Below, one piece after another: positions 43,467 through 54,132 of a stretch of 64,000 bases of DNA. The translations under genes were made by a program, and so were the position numbers. Origin of the DNA: Nitrospirota bacterium (GTDB lineage Bacteria; Nitrospirota; UBA9217); the NCBI GenBank assembly GCA_963845065.1, contig CAWJQQ010000005.1, positions 64,001 through 128,000 of the forward strand. The letters run 5' to 3'. The notes under the pieces are model-generated. The model was not told where the DNA came from. It made no database searches and saw only the letters and a program-made list of their open reading frames with translations. How positions within the stretch are numbered: position 1 is the stretch's first letter; the number at the start of each line of letters is the position of its first letter.

Positions 43467-44858
43467 CTACTTGCCCAGTTTCATCCAATAATCACCGAAT
43501 ACATAGACGGAAAGGAGAAAACCGAGCGTCACATTTACTAGGACCCCGATGGTGAATGCGCCGAACGGCTTCCATCCGGTGGACTTGAGATCCTTGAAGC
43601 GAGTAGTAAGCCCTATGCTCAGGAAGCAGAAAATAAACGCCCATGTGCGAAGCCCCGCGATGGGTCCGAAGACCCCAGGCTTAAAGACTTTACTGAAGTC
43701 AGCCAGCGAATAAGTGGTTGCTATTACGGTCATTATTAGCGATGCTAAGAAAAATCCCAGGACAAATTTCGGGAACCGCCACCATATCTCCATGGCGCTC
43801 GGCCTCACACCACATTCCTCTTTCTCCCATTTCAAACAGGCAATCAGAGCAAAGACAAACGACCAGATTCCTATCCAGATATCCCGGCCGATAACCTTCA
43901 TTAACGTAAAGCCCTGAATTGCCGCGTCCTCGTTGCCAGCCATTTTCCCGTAAGTGCTGGCTGCGGCAAAACCTGCCGCATCTGCAAACTCGGATGTCCC
44001 CACCCATGCTCCTGCTATCCCTGGATGAAGATTAAGTTGCTTTGACACAAACGGGATAAAGAAAACCATGACTAAGGCCCAAACGACCACGAGCGTGATT
44101 GCGGTGTATAGATACTCTTTTTTGGCGCCTACCGCGCTTGCGATGGCCATAGAGCCGGACACGCCGCATACTGCGCCTCCTGTACCGATAACAGCCCCGA
44201 GCCGCTTATCGAGTTTGAAAACCTTTGTCGCTACAAAGTAAATGGTCAGGCATGTAGTAAGAGATATTACAGTTGCCTGAAAGAGGGCAATCGGTCCCGC
44301 TGACACTAAAAGGTTAATAGGAAATGTGGCGCCGAGAAGAACAATGCCCGTCTTGATGTAGTATTCCACCCTAAAACCGGAATCCATCCATTTGGGAAAG
44401 GGCATTACGTTCGCTATTATAAGCCCTATCAATAATGCCGTAATTGGCGGCTCCAGCATCCATGGGCCGGAATCTTTCCATCCGGCAATCACAAAAGCCA
44501 ATATTGACAGCAGATAGAGAATGACGAACGAGGGGAAAAACTCCGATGTCTTTATCCCCATGATACGCGTCGTAATGCTGAATATGACCGCCCAGAAGAG
44601 AAATTGAAGGCCGTATAAACCTATGTTATTTGAGAAGTGATCAACAAGCTTGCCGAGAGAAGCAGAGTCCCATTTCAATCCGCCGGGATTGATAGAAAGA
44701 GATTTTGCAAATGTCGAACCGCTCATGAAGGCAATAAGACAAAGCAGCGTAATGCCAAAGCCGACATAGATGGCCCACCAATCCTCTTTTAAATACAACT
44801 CCTTCCAGCCCATCTCATTAGGTTTTGAAGTGACTGTTGATGAATTTTCTCCAGCCAT
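43467..44858 (-). CDS. YeiH/UPF0324 putative sulfate exporter family transporter
   Basis: EDWWA, EYYIKTGIVLLGA, AVCGVS, GAWVGTSEFADAAG, RFPKFVLGF. Confidence 0.9.
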   Translation of the reverse strand: MAGENSSTVTSKPNEMGWKELYLKEDWWAIYVGFGITLLCLIAFMSGSTFAKSLSINPGGLKWDSASLGKLVDHFSNNIGLYGLQFLFWAVIFSITTRIMGIKTSEFFPSFVILYLLSILAFVIAGWKDSGPWMLEPPITALLIGLIIANVMPFPKWMDSGFRVEYYIKTGIVLLGATFPINLLVSAGPIALFQATVISLTTCLTIYFVATKVFKLDKRLGAVIGTGGAVCGVSGSMAIASAVGAKKEYLYTAITLVVVWALVMVFFIPFVSKQLNLHPGIAGAWVGTSEFADAAGFAAASTYGKMAGNEDAAIQGFTLMKVIGRDIWIGIWSFVFALIACLKWEKEECGVRPSAMEIWWRFPKFVLGFFLASLIMTVIATTYSLADFSKVFKPGVFGPIAGLRTWAFIFCFLSIGLTTRFKDLKSTGWKPFGAFTIGVLVNVTLGFLLSVYVFGDYWMKLGK

Positions 44859-45094
44859 GGTCGTCCTCCTTTATATTAAATACCCCTTTATGGGAAATAG
44901 CTTAGCATTTTTTTGCCATAAGCACAAGGTCTTGTTTCCTTTTTTATATTGTTTAAACCCTTTCGGAAATCGCCGCCGCTTATTCCATACGTGCGCATCA
45001 AATACTGGAGAGACTGTCTTTCGATATCTGCCTTTTTCGCCGCCTGGGAGATATTGCACTCCGAATTCTTTAACAGATGGGAGAATACCGAATA

Positions 45095-45990
45095 TTAAAA
45101 TTTTTGGTAATTATCCCCTGAGAGGTACTGAAATAACAGTTTAGAAAGCACGAGTTTTATAAAATCTGGATGAGCTCGTTCATTGAATTTAAACTCTGAC
45201 TCTGCCAAGTAATCGGGCAATTGTTCGGGAGAGATTTTGTGATATCGTGCATAAATCTTGTGCTTTGATAATCGCCAGTAGCCTTCAATAGAGTTAGTAT
45301 GGTTCCCTTTGCTAGATACAAACACTTTATCATGGTAAACCAATTTATGAGAATACCCGCTATTATCAAGGCCACGGTAGCCGTGACACTTATCGATGTA
45401 GATCGTGCTGCCCGCTACTACATGCTCTTTAATAAGAGCCTGAAGTGTGGCACTCTTAACATTCGGAATGGCAATTGTTCTCACAGATCCGTTACGCTGA
45501 ATAAGTCCGATTACAGGAGTTTTGCCAGCCGCACCTCTACCGCGTTTCCCTTTTTGTCTACCACCAAAATACGTTTCATCGACCTCAATATGCCCAGACA
45601 TCAGGTCGGTTAGAGAGTCACGTTTGCTGGCCTTACTTATCTTCGGAAGCATATGCCAGGCAGCCTTATAGGCCACCTGGGTTTCATTCTTCAGATGATT
45701 TGCAGAGATACCAATTTTAAAGAGGCAATCGCACATATCCACTTAGAGATGGGCGTCCGCGTCTTTTCAAAGATAGTGCCAGAAGTCTCGGTAAACGTAT
45801 ATTTACAACTTCTACCCTTGTATTTAAAGCCGTTTTTCTTTCCAAGTTTCCAGATAGCTTGGAGGCCGCAACGAGGACACCTAATGCCATATGGCCAACG
45901 AATTTCATGAAGAAGCTTGCGACACTCGCTTTCGTCAGCAATATAGAACTGATAATTGTTAAGCCCCCCAATAGTATCACATCTTCTTTC
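45095..45990 (-). mobile_element. IS1595-family transposase, frameshifted near 45725
   Basis: Zn-ribbon RWPYGIRCPRCG in one frame; IEVDETYFGG, HTNSIEGYW, EFKFN in another. Confidence 0.85.
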
Positions 45991-46388
45991 TTGTTCTTAT
46001 CTTGTGTCATCATGGTTGACAGTTAAAAAAGTGGCCTGCCTCTTGTAAACGACAGAGACAAAAAGGGGGAAGGTGCCCCTTATATGATTATCAGGCCATG
46101 AAGAATTTTATCACAAGTTTTGGTGCGCGCCGAGGAGTAGTCCGCTCACTTCAATAACAATCCAGTTTTTGAAAGAAGACAATCTAAGTATTTCGACAGA
46201 TAGGATAGAGTTGCAGTGTATGTGGAGAGTATTTCTTTCATGCCTGAGCCTACAACAACAGTAAATGTCCGTGATGCTCCGTGGCCCTGCCCTGCAAGTA
46301 CAAAAGAAGCCAGAAGGGATAATCCGAGTCCCACTCCGGTCAGATAAGAAGACCAGAAGCCTGTTCTTTACATAATTACACCTTTCTG

Positions 46389-46817
46389 TTATTGAATTTG
46401 TACCACTGCCTGTTTCGAGCTATGCATCAGGGTCTTCAGTGTGTCGATACAGACAGGCTTCTCAAGATACGCAAGAGCGCCCATATTCATTGCATCAACG
46501 CTGGTTTTTGCATCAGGACAGCCCGTTGCCATGATAACCGCCACGGAAGGGCAAATATCTTTGATTGTTTTGAGAAGGTCCAGACCATTTAGATCGGGTA
46601 GGTGGATATCCAAAATGACGATGTCCGGCTTCTGCTCACTGAACAGGCGGAGGGCATCTTCTCCGCATTCCGCGGTGACTGCCGAATACCCCCAAAATTC
46701 TATTAATTTTTGCATCGAATATCTAATAAGATGCTCGTCGTCGACAATCAGGACCTTCTTCCCTATCCCGCTGTACGAGCCTATACCCAACATAGAATCC
46801 ATAAGGAACTCCTTCAA
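46389..46817 (-). CDS. Single-domain response regulator
   Basis: VLIVDDE, LDIHLPD.NG, YLEKP. Confidence 0.88.
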   Translation of the reverse strand: MKEFLMDSMLGIGSYSGIGKKVLIVDDEHLIRYSMQKLIEFWGYSAVTAECGEDALRLFSEQKPDIVILDIHLPDLNGLDLLKTIKDICPSVAVIMATGCPDAKTSVDAMNMGALAYLEKPVCIDTLKTLMHSSKQAVVQIQ

Positions 46818-47538
46818 TGAAATAAAAAGATTATCGATACCATTCGTTATGCGGGCGAATGACAGAAACAGCTCGCATTTAAAATAGATACAATAGAGTC
46901 GGTTACAATATCATGAGCCGACTTATTTTCATTACAACGCTTACACAAAGAAAGAAGATTTTCCCGGTCCACTACTTTGTAAGGATTATTTTGTTGTTTC
47001 CTTGGTTTTAAAATGCATCCATCCCACTCGTACAATGAATGATACAGATCTTCGATCAAAAAGGGTTTACTCAGCACTCCCTGAAGCCGTGCCTATCTAT
47101 GCGGTCTTTTCCGGGTCGAGTTTAACATCAGGCCACGGCCATTACTCCGTGGTTTCGCCCATGGCGTCCTATTTTGACGGCAATCCGACGAATCAGCAAA
47201 TGCAACGCCTGCTCCGGAAGGTCCCTAGCATGGCCTAAAGGTCTCTTTGTGTCACTTATTCGTTCATTTTTCGTTCTTTTCCAATTACAGACCTGGCCCC
47301 GCTTACTTCCGCCGCAGTTCAAATGCAACACCTTATTGACCTCTTTGGCAGTCTCGTTAACCTCTACAAAATTAAAAAAATGAGCATGCCATATCATAGG
47401 GCTAATTAATCAGGAATTGAAAAGCATACAGATTCGCAGTTGCTAAATATCTAAAAAACGTAAGCCATAAGGCAAAAAAAAGAGACTTTTCATTTACGAT
47501 ATAAGTCTCCAGTTAAGCTACTACTCATGTTCAGATTT

Positions 47539-48525
47539 CTATCTTTTCGCAGATACATCTACAGGCGCCTTGATGACGGCGACCGATGACACCGGTGATA
47601 CCAACCGTAAGCCAATCCACGTCCGCCGAACCCAGGGCGCGTACCGAATGCGGAGTGATGTTTCAATGACCTTGGGCTTGTCTATCCAAGATCCGCCGCG
47701 CAGCGTGCGGTATCGCCCGTACGAAGGCCCGTCTACAATGCCTGGCGGATAGTTAGAAGTATTGTTGCTGTACCAGTCGGCAGTCCATTCCCACAAGCTT
47801 CCGGTCATCCCATATATCCCCAAGCCATTCGGATGCATTTTTGACATCGGCTGGGGTCCCCGGGAGTCATTGGCAAACGCTACCGAGTCGATATAATCCG
47901 CCGCTTTCACTGCTCCGGCGTCTGTGCTTTTTTTATCTCCACTCTGGGCTGCGTATTCCCACTCTGCATCGGTCGGTAAACGATAGCTTTGTCCGCTTTT
48001 CTGATCCAGCGCTTGGATAAATTTCTGGGCATCATGCCAACTGACGTTTTCCACTGGGCAGTCGTCTCCGCAGGCGATGAAGCCAGCCGGATTGCTTCCC
48101 ATTATCGCACGCCACTGTGACTGAGTTACTTCAAATACGCCCATGTAATAGTCATCGACACAAACATTGTTCATTGATGGTTTAATGGCCACACTTCCAT
48201 CAACGCCGGGCGTGCCACTCTGAGCATAGCATCCACCTTTAACCAAAATGAATTTCATGCCTGTCGCCGGGTCGAAGTAGGCATTATCACCGCTCCCATT
48301 ATCACCGCCTCGGCTTGCCAAACTATCGTTTGGTTGTACTTTAGAGACCTCGGCCCCCCCACTGCTACTAATGGGCAGGGAAACATGACCCGGTGGAACT
48401 TGAGCTGAGAGTCCCGCTCCGTCTCCTGACGATGACGCCATGGCCAGATCCTGTTCAGCGAAGACGGAATGTGAAAATCCACTCGCGAATAACAACATTA
48501 TAATAATCACAATCACTTTTTTCAT
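47539..48525 (-). CDS. Exported FGE/SUMF1-domain protein
   Basis: Signal peptide; EVTQSQW, PVENVSW, RLPTDAEWEYAA, NGLGIYGM.G..WEW, RGGSW. Confidence 0.9.
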   Translation of the reverse strand: MKKVIVIIIMLLFASGFSHSVFAEQDLAMASSSGDGAGLSAQVPPGHVSLPISSSGGAEVSKVQPNDSLASRGGDNGSGDNAYFDPATGMKFILVKGGCYAQSGTPGVDGSVAIKPSMNNVCVDDYYMGVFEVTQSQWRAIMGSNPAGFIACGDDCPVENVSWHDAQKFIQALDQKSGQSYRLPTDAEWEYAAQSGDKKSTDAGAVKAADYIDSVAFANDSRGPQPMSKMHPNGLGIYGMTGSLWEWTADWYSNNTSNYPPGIVDGPSYGRYRTLRGGSWIDKPKVIETSLRIRYAPWVRRTWIGLRLVSPVSSVAVIKAPVDVSAKR

Positions 48526-48612
48526 GGCGACCTCCTTCATATCGAGTGCAACTGCCGCATATTTTTATCGTGACTATAAAGACACTTTTGTATATGTATA
48601 ATATCGCAATAT

Positions 48613-48700
48613 TAAATGAAATCTACGGTTCTGCGACGAAACGCTCGATTTATGGTATGAAATACGACAGTATGTGACGAGATACAGGAAGGCGCTGAAA
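48613..48700 (-). promoter_or_regulatory. Putative LytTR direct-repeat binding array upstream of the FGE-domain gene
   Basis: AYGAAA-like units at 48616, 48636, 48657 and 48677 (20-21 bp period). Confidence 0.5.
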
Positions 48701-48768
48701 TGGATGATCAGTATTCGAAAGAAAACTGGAAAACCAATCGACAGCTTTGGGAAGATTGGACGAGAATG

Positions 48769-49524
48769 TCAAATTTGATTAAACAGATGAGCAAACTGTC
48801 GACTCACCGTAAGCACTTCTGAAGAATCGACGAGACGCAGCACGTAACGTTGCTGTTGTACCTTTTTAACGGACTGGACCTTGGCTATGTTCACAATGGT
48901 GGAACGGTGAATTTGCCAAAACTTTTCTGGATTGAGTTGTTTCAAAAGGGCACTTATGGGGGTACGCATCAGGAATTCACCGTCTCTGGTAACCACGGCC
49001 GTATATTTAGTCCTCGATTCGATGAACAGAATGGTATCCACCGAGATCAGACGAATCTCCTTCCCGGATGCAGCACGGAGAAAGCTAACATAAGGATCTT
49101 TACGCTCAATAATAAAATTGAGTTTCTTCAGCACAGAATCAAGTCCCGGCATTTGCTCGGCTCCTTCAAGGCGTTTCTTGACGCGCACGATCGTCCGCTC
49201 AAGACGCTTGTCACTCACCGGCTTGAGCACATAATCGACCGCCTCTTCGTCGAAGGACTCTACTGCGTACTTATCAAAAGCGGTAACGAATACCACAAGG
49301 GCAGGATGGGTCATCCGTTTGACGACTTCAATGCCGGACATACCGGGCATTTGAATGTCGAGGAAAACGATATCCGGTTTCTCTTGATTGATCATGGCAA
49401 GTGCATCCGTGCCGCTTGTGGCGAAACCACAAATAGCGAGGCCGGGCCATAGTACGGACAGTCTGTCGGCAAGATGCTCGGCAAGGCGTTTCTCATCGTC
49501 AGCAATTAATGCGCGCGGACTCAT
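48769..49524 (-). CDS. LytTR-family response regulator
   Basis: IADDE, FLDIQMP, FVTAFD, DYVLKP, FWQIHRSTIVN, VSR. Confidence 0.93.
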   Translation of the reverse strand: MSPRALIADDEKRLAEHLADRLSVLWPGLAICGFATSGTDALAMINQEKPDIVFLDIQMPGMSGIEVVKRMTHPALVVFVTAFDKYAVESFDEEAVDYVLKPVSDKRLERTIVRVKKRLEGAEQMPGLDSVLKKLNFIIERKDPYVSFLRAASGKEIRLISVDTILFIESRTKYTAVVTRDGEFLMRTPISALLKQLNPEKFWQIHRSTIVNIAKVQSVKKVQQQRYVLRLVDSSEVLTVSRQFAHLFNQI

Positions 49525-52189
49525 AAGGTACCTCGATCGTTGCGGTAAATCCACATGGAGTGTTCTCTGAAAGTATCAGGCGGCCTTTGCTTCCGTACAG
49601 CGCGTCGAGACGCTCGCGCACGTTAGTGAGTCCGACCCCGTCGGCGGTTGCATTCTCCGAAAACCCCTTTCCAGTGTCGCTTACCTTGAGGCTGATGACG
49701 TCGGCCGTTCGTTCTGCACTAATGGTTATGTTGCCCCCCTTCGCGCTCGGTTCAATGCCATGTTTTACTGCATTTTCAACGAGCGGCTGGAGGAGAAGGG
49801 GTGGCAAAGGGAGGGTGAGTAGTTCTTCGGGAACGTTGATCGTGAACCGCAAACGCTTTCCCATACGCATGCCGTAAATGCTTAAGAAATCCCTTAGCAG
49901 ATCCATCTCCTGGCCCAGCGTGGACGTTCCCTGCCGCGTACGCAGTAGGGATACTCGCAAAGTCTCGGTGAGGTACTGCAGCATCTTTGTTGCGTTACCC
50001 GGTTCTCTGGGTATAAGAGTAATGATATGGGCCAGCGTATTGAACAAAAAATGAGGTTCAATCTGGGCTTGAAGCATTCTAAGCTGTGTTTCAACAACCT
50101 GCCGCTCCGCAGATATACGCCTTAGTTCCTGCTCTTTTAGCCGCGCTTCCTCAGCTTGTTTGTGTAGCGTAATGTCTTCCGCAAGATGAATAATCTGTAT
50201 AATCCTACCTTCATCGTCCTTGACGGGAAAGGTCCGAACCTCAATGTGCCGTGCCGCGCCTGTCCCATCCAAGCGAACAAGTTCGCAAACAGCTTGGTTT
50301 CCGGTTCGGAGAGTTTCCATCAGGGCGCATTCGCTACGCTTTAAATCACACTCATGACCAGTGGAGCGGCACACTACCTTCCGCCACGACTTCCCCACGA
50401 CGTCTTCTACCGCTAGAGAGGTCTCATGCAGAAAGGAAGAGTTGCATGCCAGAATCGCATTATTTACGACGTCGATAAGCACGATGGCCGGATCAATACT
50501 GTTCATTACCGTAGTTATAAAATCATTGGAACGCCTCAGCGCTCGTTCTGCCAGCTTCAGTGCCGTTATGTCTATATGGCTCTCAATGACTTGGTTCATC
50601 CGACTCGAATCACCTACAACCTGGTCGATTTGGATAACGTCGATTCGTCTTCCATCAAGCGTACACCTCACTGTCTCCTTTCGGAATGAGGTCTTCCCCT
50701 CGGCAAAGGCTACGAGCCGTTCGCAGCATGCATCCAGACTCTCGATCTGCATCGTTCTATCGAGAGAGGTCAACAGTTCCGTTTTATCTCGTGCCCCGAA
50801 CAATCTCAAAGCCGACTGGTTCACCCTGGTTACCCTAACGTGTGATTCAATCTCTTTCAGCACGTTTTGATTGTTCTTCAGGTAACTTTCGACATCGACC
50901 ACACCCCCTGCTTTCAGCTCTGTCAATGCTGTTATGACCCGGGAATAATCCTCCTCCATGGTGGATACGGGTGCCGTCTCGAACAACTGTTGGTAGCGGG
51001 CGTGGCTTTTGTTCAATTCCACCTCAATCCGTTTGCGCTCGGTGATATCAAGCACAACTCCTATATTGTACCGGGGCTGTTCGCCAGGCAACCACATCGG
51101 TGAGACGGCAATGCTTGCCCATATAATTTCGCCGTTTTTCCTGATGTAACGCTTCTCAATTGAAAAGTCTGGGATTTCACCCAATCGTAGCCGTTGCATT
51201 TTGTCGAGATCTCTCTCGAGATCATCGGGGTGCGTGATATGTTGAAATGTCATCCCCATTATTTCGTCTTCACTATATCCGACGATTTCGCAAAAGCGCC
51301 GGTTAATTTTTACAAACCTACCGGTGGCCGTCTCGATCTGGGCCACTCCTGCCGCTGCCTGCTCAAACAAGATACGGAACTTCATTTCGCTTGCCCGCAG
51401 CGCTTCTTCAGCACGTCTGCGCTCCATGATCTCCTTTTCCAGTTTTGCATAGCTGTCTTTGAGGGACAGACTCATTTTGTTAAAATGAGCGGCCAATTCG
51501 CCGAATTCGGTTTTGTCCTGGTAGTCGATCGTATGCCCCAGATCGCCTCCTTCCAGCATATGGGTCGCTTTGACCAGAGTTTCAATGGGGTGGGCAATGG
51601 AGGAGGCGACTCTTATGGCCCCGATAATGCCGAAAAAGAACATGGTAATCACGGTAGCAGCAACGGTCATCCACACCCGTTTAATCTGCTCCATAGTATG
51701 CCGTATTTTAGCTTCAAGTGTCCCGCTCGCCTTTAACGACATGCCCTCTGTCTTGATTAAGAGGCTCTTTCCGATGGCTGCGGCATTAAATTTTAGTTTG
51801 TTACTCTGCTTCGTGTTAAGCGATGCAGTGATATAATTGCTCAAAGCATTCTTGTAGTCGATGATCATCGACTGCATGCCTTCGATCTGCCGCTCGATTT
51901 CCGGAGAATGATGGCAACTTGAGCACATCCTGGCCGTCTGATCCAATTGGCCAACATTGTCCATCATGCGATCTATGTTTCGGCCAAGGCTGGTGTGAAC
52001 GGTATAAATGTCTGACTGCGCCGTCTGGATGGATATTATCAGGTACTGCCTCATATCTTCAACCTGATGCATAGTGATGAGATCGGTCAGCGCTTTGGTT
52101 GTGTTTCGGATATATATTGTGGCATAGCTCGTACCCAAGGTAAAAAATACGAGGACGATAATTAGAGATAGGTATATTCGTCGCTTCAT
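49499..52189 (-). CDS. LytS-type sensor kinase with periplasmic CxxCH, HAMP and PAS domains
   Basis: LQAQIEPHFLFNTL, LQPLVENAVKHG, GVGLTNVRERL; CSSCH at residues 89-93 between two TM helices. Confidence 0.9.
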   Translation of the reverse strand: MKRRIYLSLIIVLVFFTLGTSYATIYIRNTTKALTDLITMHQVEDMRQYLIISIQTAQSDIYTVHTSLGRNIDRMMDNVGQLDQTARMCSSCHHSPEIERQIEGMQSMIIDYKNALSNYITASLNTKQSNKLKFNAAAIGKSLLIKTEGMSLKASGTLEAKIRHTMEQIKRVWMTVAATVITMFFFGIIGAIRVASSIAHPIETLVKATHMLEGGDLGHTIDYQDKTEFGELAAHFNKMSLSLKDSYAKLEKEIMERRRAEEALRASEMKFRILFEQAAAGVAQIETATGRFVKINRRFCEIVGYSEDEIMGMTFQHITHPDDLERDLDKMQRLRLGEIPDFSIEKRYIRKNGEIIWASIAVSPMWLPGEQPRYNIGVVLDITERKRIEVELNKSHARYQQLFETAPVSTMEEDYSRVITALTELKAGGVVDVESYLKNNQNVLKEIESHVRVTRVNQSALRLFGARDKTELLTSLDRTMQIESLDACCERLVAFAEGKTSFRKETVRCTLDGRRIDVIQIDQVVGDSSRMNQVIESHIDITALKLAERALRRSNDFITTVMNSIDPAIVLIDVVNNAILACNSSFLHETSLAVEDVVGKSWRKVVCRSTGHECDLKRSECALMETLRTGNQAVCELVRLDGTGAARHIEVRTFPVKDDEGRIIQIIHLAEDITLHKQAEEARLKEQELRRISAERQVVETQLRMLQAQIEPHFLFNTLAHIITLIPREPGNATKMLQYLTETLRVSLLRTRQGTSTLGQEMDLLRDFLSIYGMRMGKRLRFTINVPEELLTLPLPPLLLQPLVENAVKHGIEPSAKGGNITISAERTADVISLKVSDTGKGFSENATADGVGLTNVRERLDALYGSKGRLILSENTPCGFTATIEVPYESARINC

Positions 52190-52539
52190 TAATCAGGCAC
52201 CTCCTGATCGATATCGCGAAACCGTGGCTTCCTTCCATGGCATTGTGATCGAAAATCTATTTGTTTTGTAAAATGCATATATTATATCAATGCCTGCTTT
52301 CTTTGCCATCTGAAAACAGGTTCATTGTTCTCGATCGTCTTCTCAATGAATCGGAGATCGTCGAACTACTTGAGGACACACGTTCTTTCTGCATCAGCGT
52401 GCGGATAAGAGAGCCAACGGCAATCTTACATGTCCGAGACCACTCACTCCGACAACGGCAGTCCTGTCGGTTATCTTCCTCATCAGATCCATGTCTGAAC
52501 TCCCTTTCTTTGATGACGTAATGAATGTCAGCGATCACG

Positions 52540-53925
52540 CTACCGGGTCATCCACGAACGGGAACGTACGGTGAGAGCCGCGGTCGGAAAGATCCAGAAC
52601 AGAGTAAAGAAAGAGAAATACGCATAAAAAATCACGTAGACGAAATCCCAGGAACGTTCGCTGTGCAAGTAATAGAGCGTATGGAATGATGATATAAGCC
52701 CCATTGCGAACAGTAATCGCAAGATAGCGTGCGGATCATGTATTGAGATGAAGAAAAAAAGCACTAGACTGATATAATTAATGGGATAACGGAGGTTGGT
52801 TACGAGAATATCAGTGAGTGCAATCAAACGGGCAAGTAGAGGTCGTTTCCAGACGATGCGCGCAAAGCGAACTTCTTCCTTGATGTAACTCCGATCCCAG
52901 CGCAGATACATCCTGGTAAGTTTTCCATACGTGTGGGGAGCGATTGTGTGCACTACGCCCGTCCGTTGATAGACAGTATCGTACCCACGGGAGAGTATGA
53001 AGTTCGTCAGGGAACGGTCTTCGCCATATGTACAAAGTTCACCGAGAAAGGTCTGATTGACCCATGCGTCAAGCACTTCCCTGACAACGCCAGTGCGATA
53101 AGCAGACAGCGCACCGGGACAGCAATAAACCGTACCGTATGTTGATTGGGCGGCACGCAAGAAATCGAAGGAGAGGATAAAACGAACATGCAGCATGCGA
53201 GGAATGAGTCCCTTATCACGATTATAAACGAGGACCTTGCCCGCGACAGCCCCGATTGAGGGGTTCCGAAAGGGCCCCACCATCGCGAGAAGCGTCTGGG
53301 GTTCGATCACGCTGTCCGAATCGATTGTGACGACAACCTCGCCGCTAGCCCTGCGGAAGCCCGTTTCAAGAGCAACACGCTTGCCCTTGTTTTTCGGCAA
53401 GCGAATCGGTATTACCAAACGAGAGTTACGACCGGCAGCGGCTCGAATGTAGTTCCAGGTGTCATCAGTGCTACCATCGTCAACAACAATAATTTCCAGA
53501 CGGTTGGAGGGGTAGTTAGCAGCCACCACCGAGTCGATCGATTTCTCTACCATGGGTCCTTCATTATAAGCCGGAATAATCACCGTGAGCAATGGTGCAT
53601 CTTTCGGGTCCACTGGATCAATAGGGCTATAACGAAACCAAAGCAGGGTTCTGAAGCACAACAGCAAGATGCCCATAGCCGACCACAGTATGCTCGGCCT
53701 GATAAGCATCGAAGACCAGTGACTACTCTCGGCTGCTTGGAACAAAGGCTGAAAGACCCTACCTGTAATACTTGCATAAAAAATAATCAGGATGCCAATT
53801 AGAATGAAACAGCGAAGCAACCACACCCAAGACGCAGAAGCAGGTTTAGCCCGTATAGTGAAATAGGGTGGAGACAAACACTTTGATTCCTGCGACGACA
53901 TCTGGTTGTTTTTCCTTTCCAACAT
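52540..53925 (-). CDS. Processive GT2, hyaluronan-synthase/NodC-like
   Basis: IIPAYNE, VDDGSTD, GKR, IDSDS, CCPGALSAYR, GEDRSLTN, YLRWDRS; TM helices at both ends. Confidence 0.85.
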   Translation of the reverse strand: MLERKNNQMSSQESKCLSPPYFTIRAKPASASWVWLLRCFILIGILIIFYASITGRVFQPLFQAAESSHWSSMLIRPSILWSAMGILLLCFRTLLWFRYSPIDPVDPKDAPLLTVIIPAYNEGPMVEKSIDSVVAANYPSNRLEIIVVDDGSTDDTWNYIRAAAGRNSRLVIPIRLPKNKGKRVALETGFRRASGEVVVTIDSDSVIEPQTLLAMVGPFRNPSIGAVAGKVLVYNRDKGLIPRMLHVRFILSFDFLRAAQSTYGTVYCCPGALSAYRTGVVREVLDAWVNQTFLGELCTYGEDRSLTNFILSRGYDTVYQRTGVVHTIAPHTYGKLTRMYLRWDRSYIKEEVRFARIVWKRPLLARLIALTDILVTNLRYPINYISLVLFFFISIHDPHAILRLLFAMGLISSFHTLYYLHSERSWDFVYVIFYAYFSFFTLFWIFPTAALTVRSRSWMTR

Positions 53926-54132
53926 TGAGGTTACGCTTTATCTCGTTTTAAAACTGTCGTAATGAAAACATGGTAAAAACATTTTTGTGAATTCTGAACA
54001 ACATAACATTTAAGCGGGGAGGCAGTCAACAGATTTTGAATATGTCGAATGGATAATGCATGGGTAGATGTTAACGGTTACTATGTGAAAAATTGACGTG
54101 TTTCAAAGAATGGCAACCTATCGACTTCAAGA

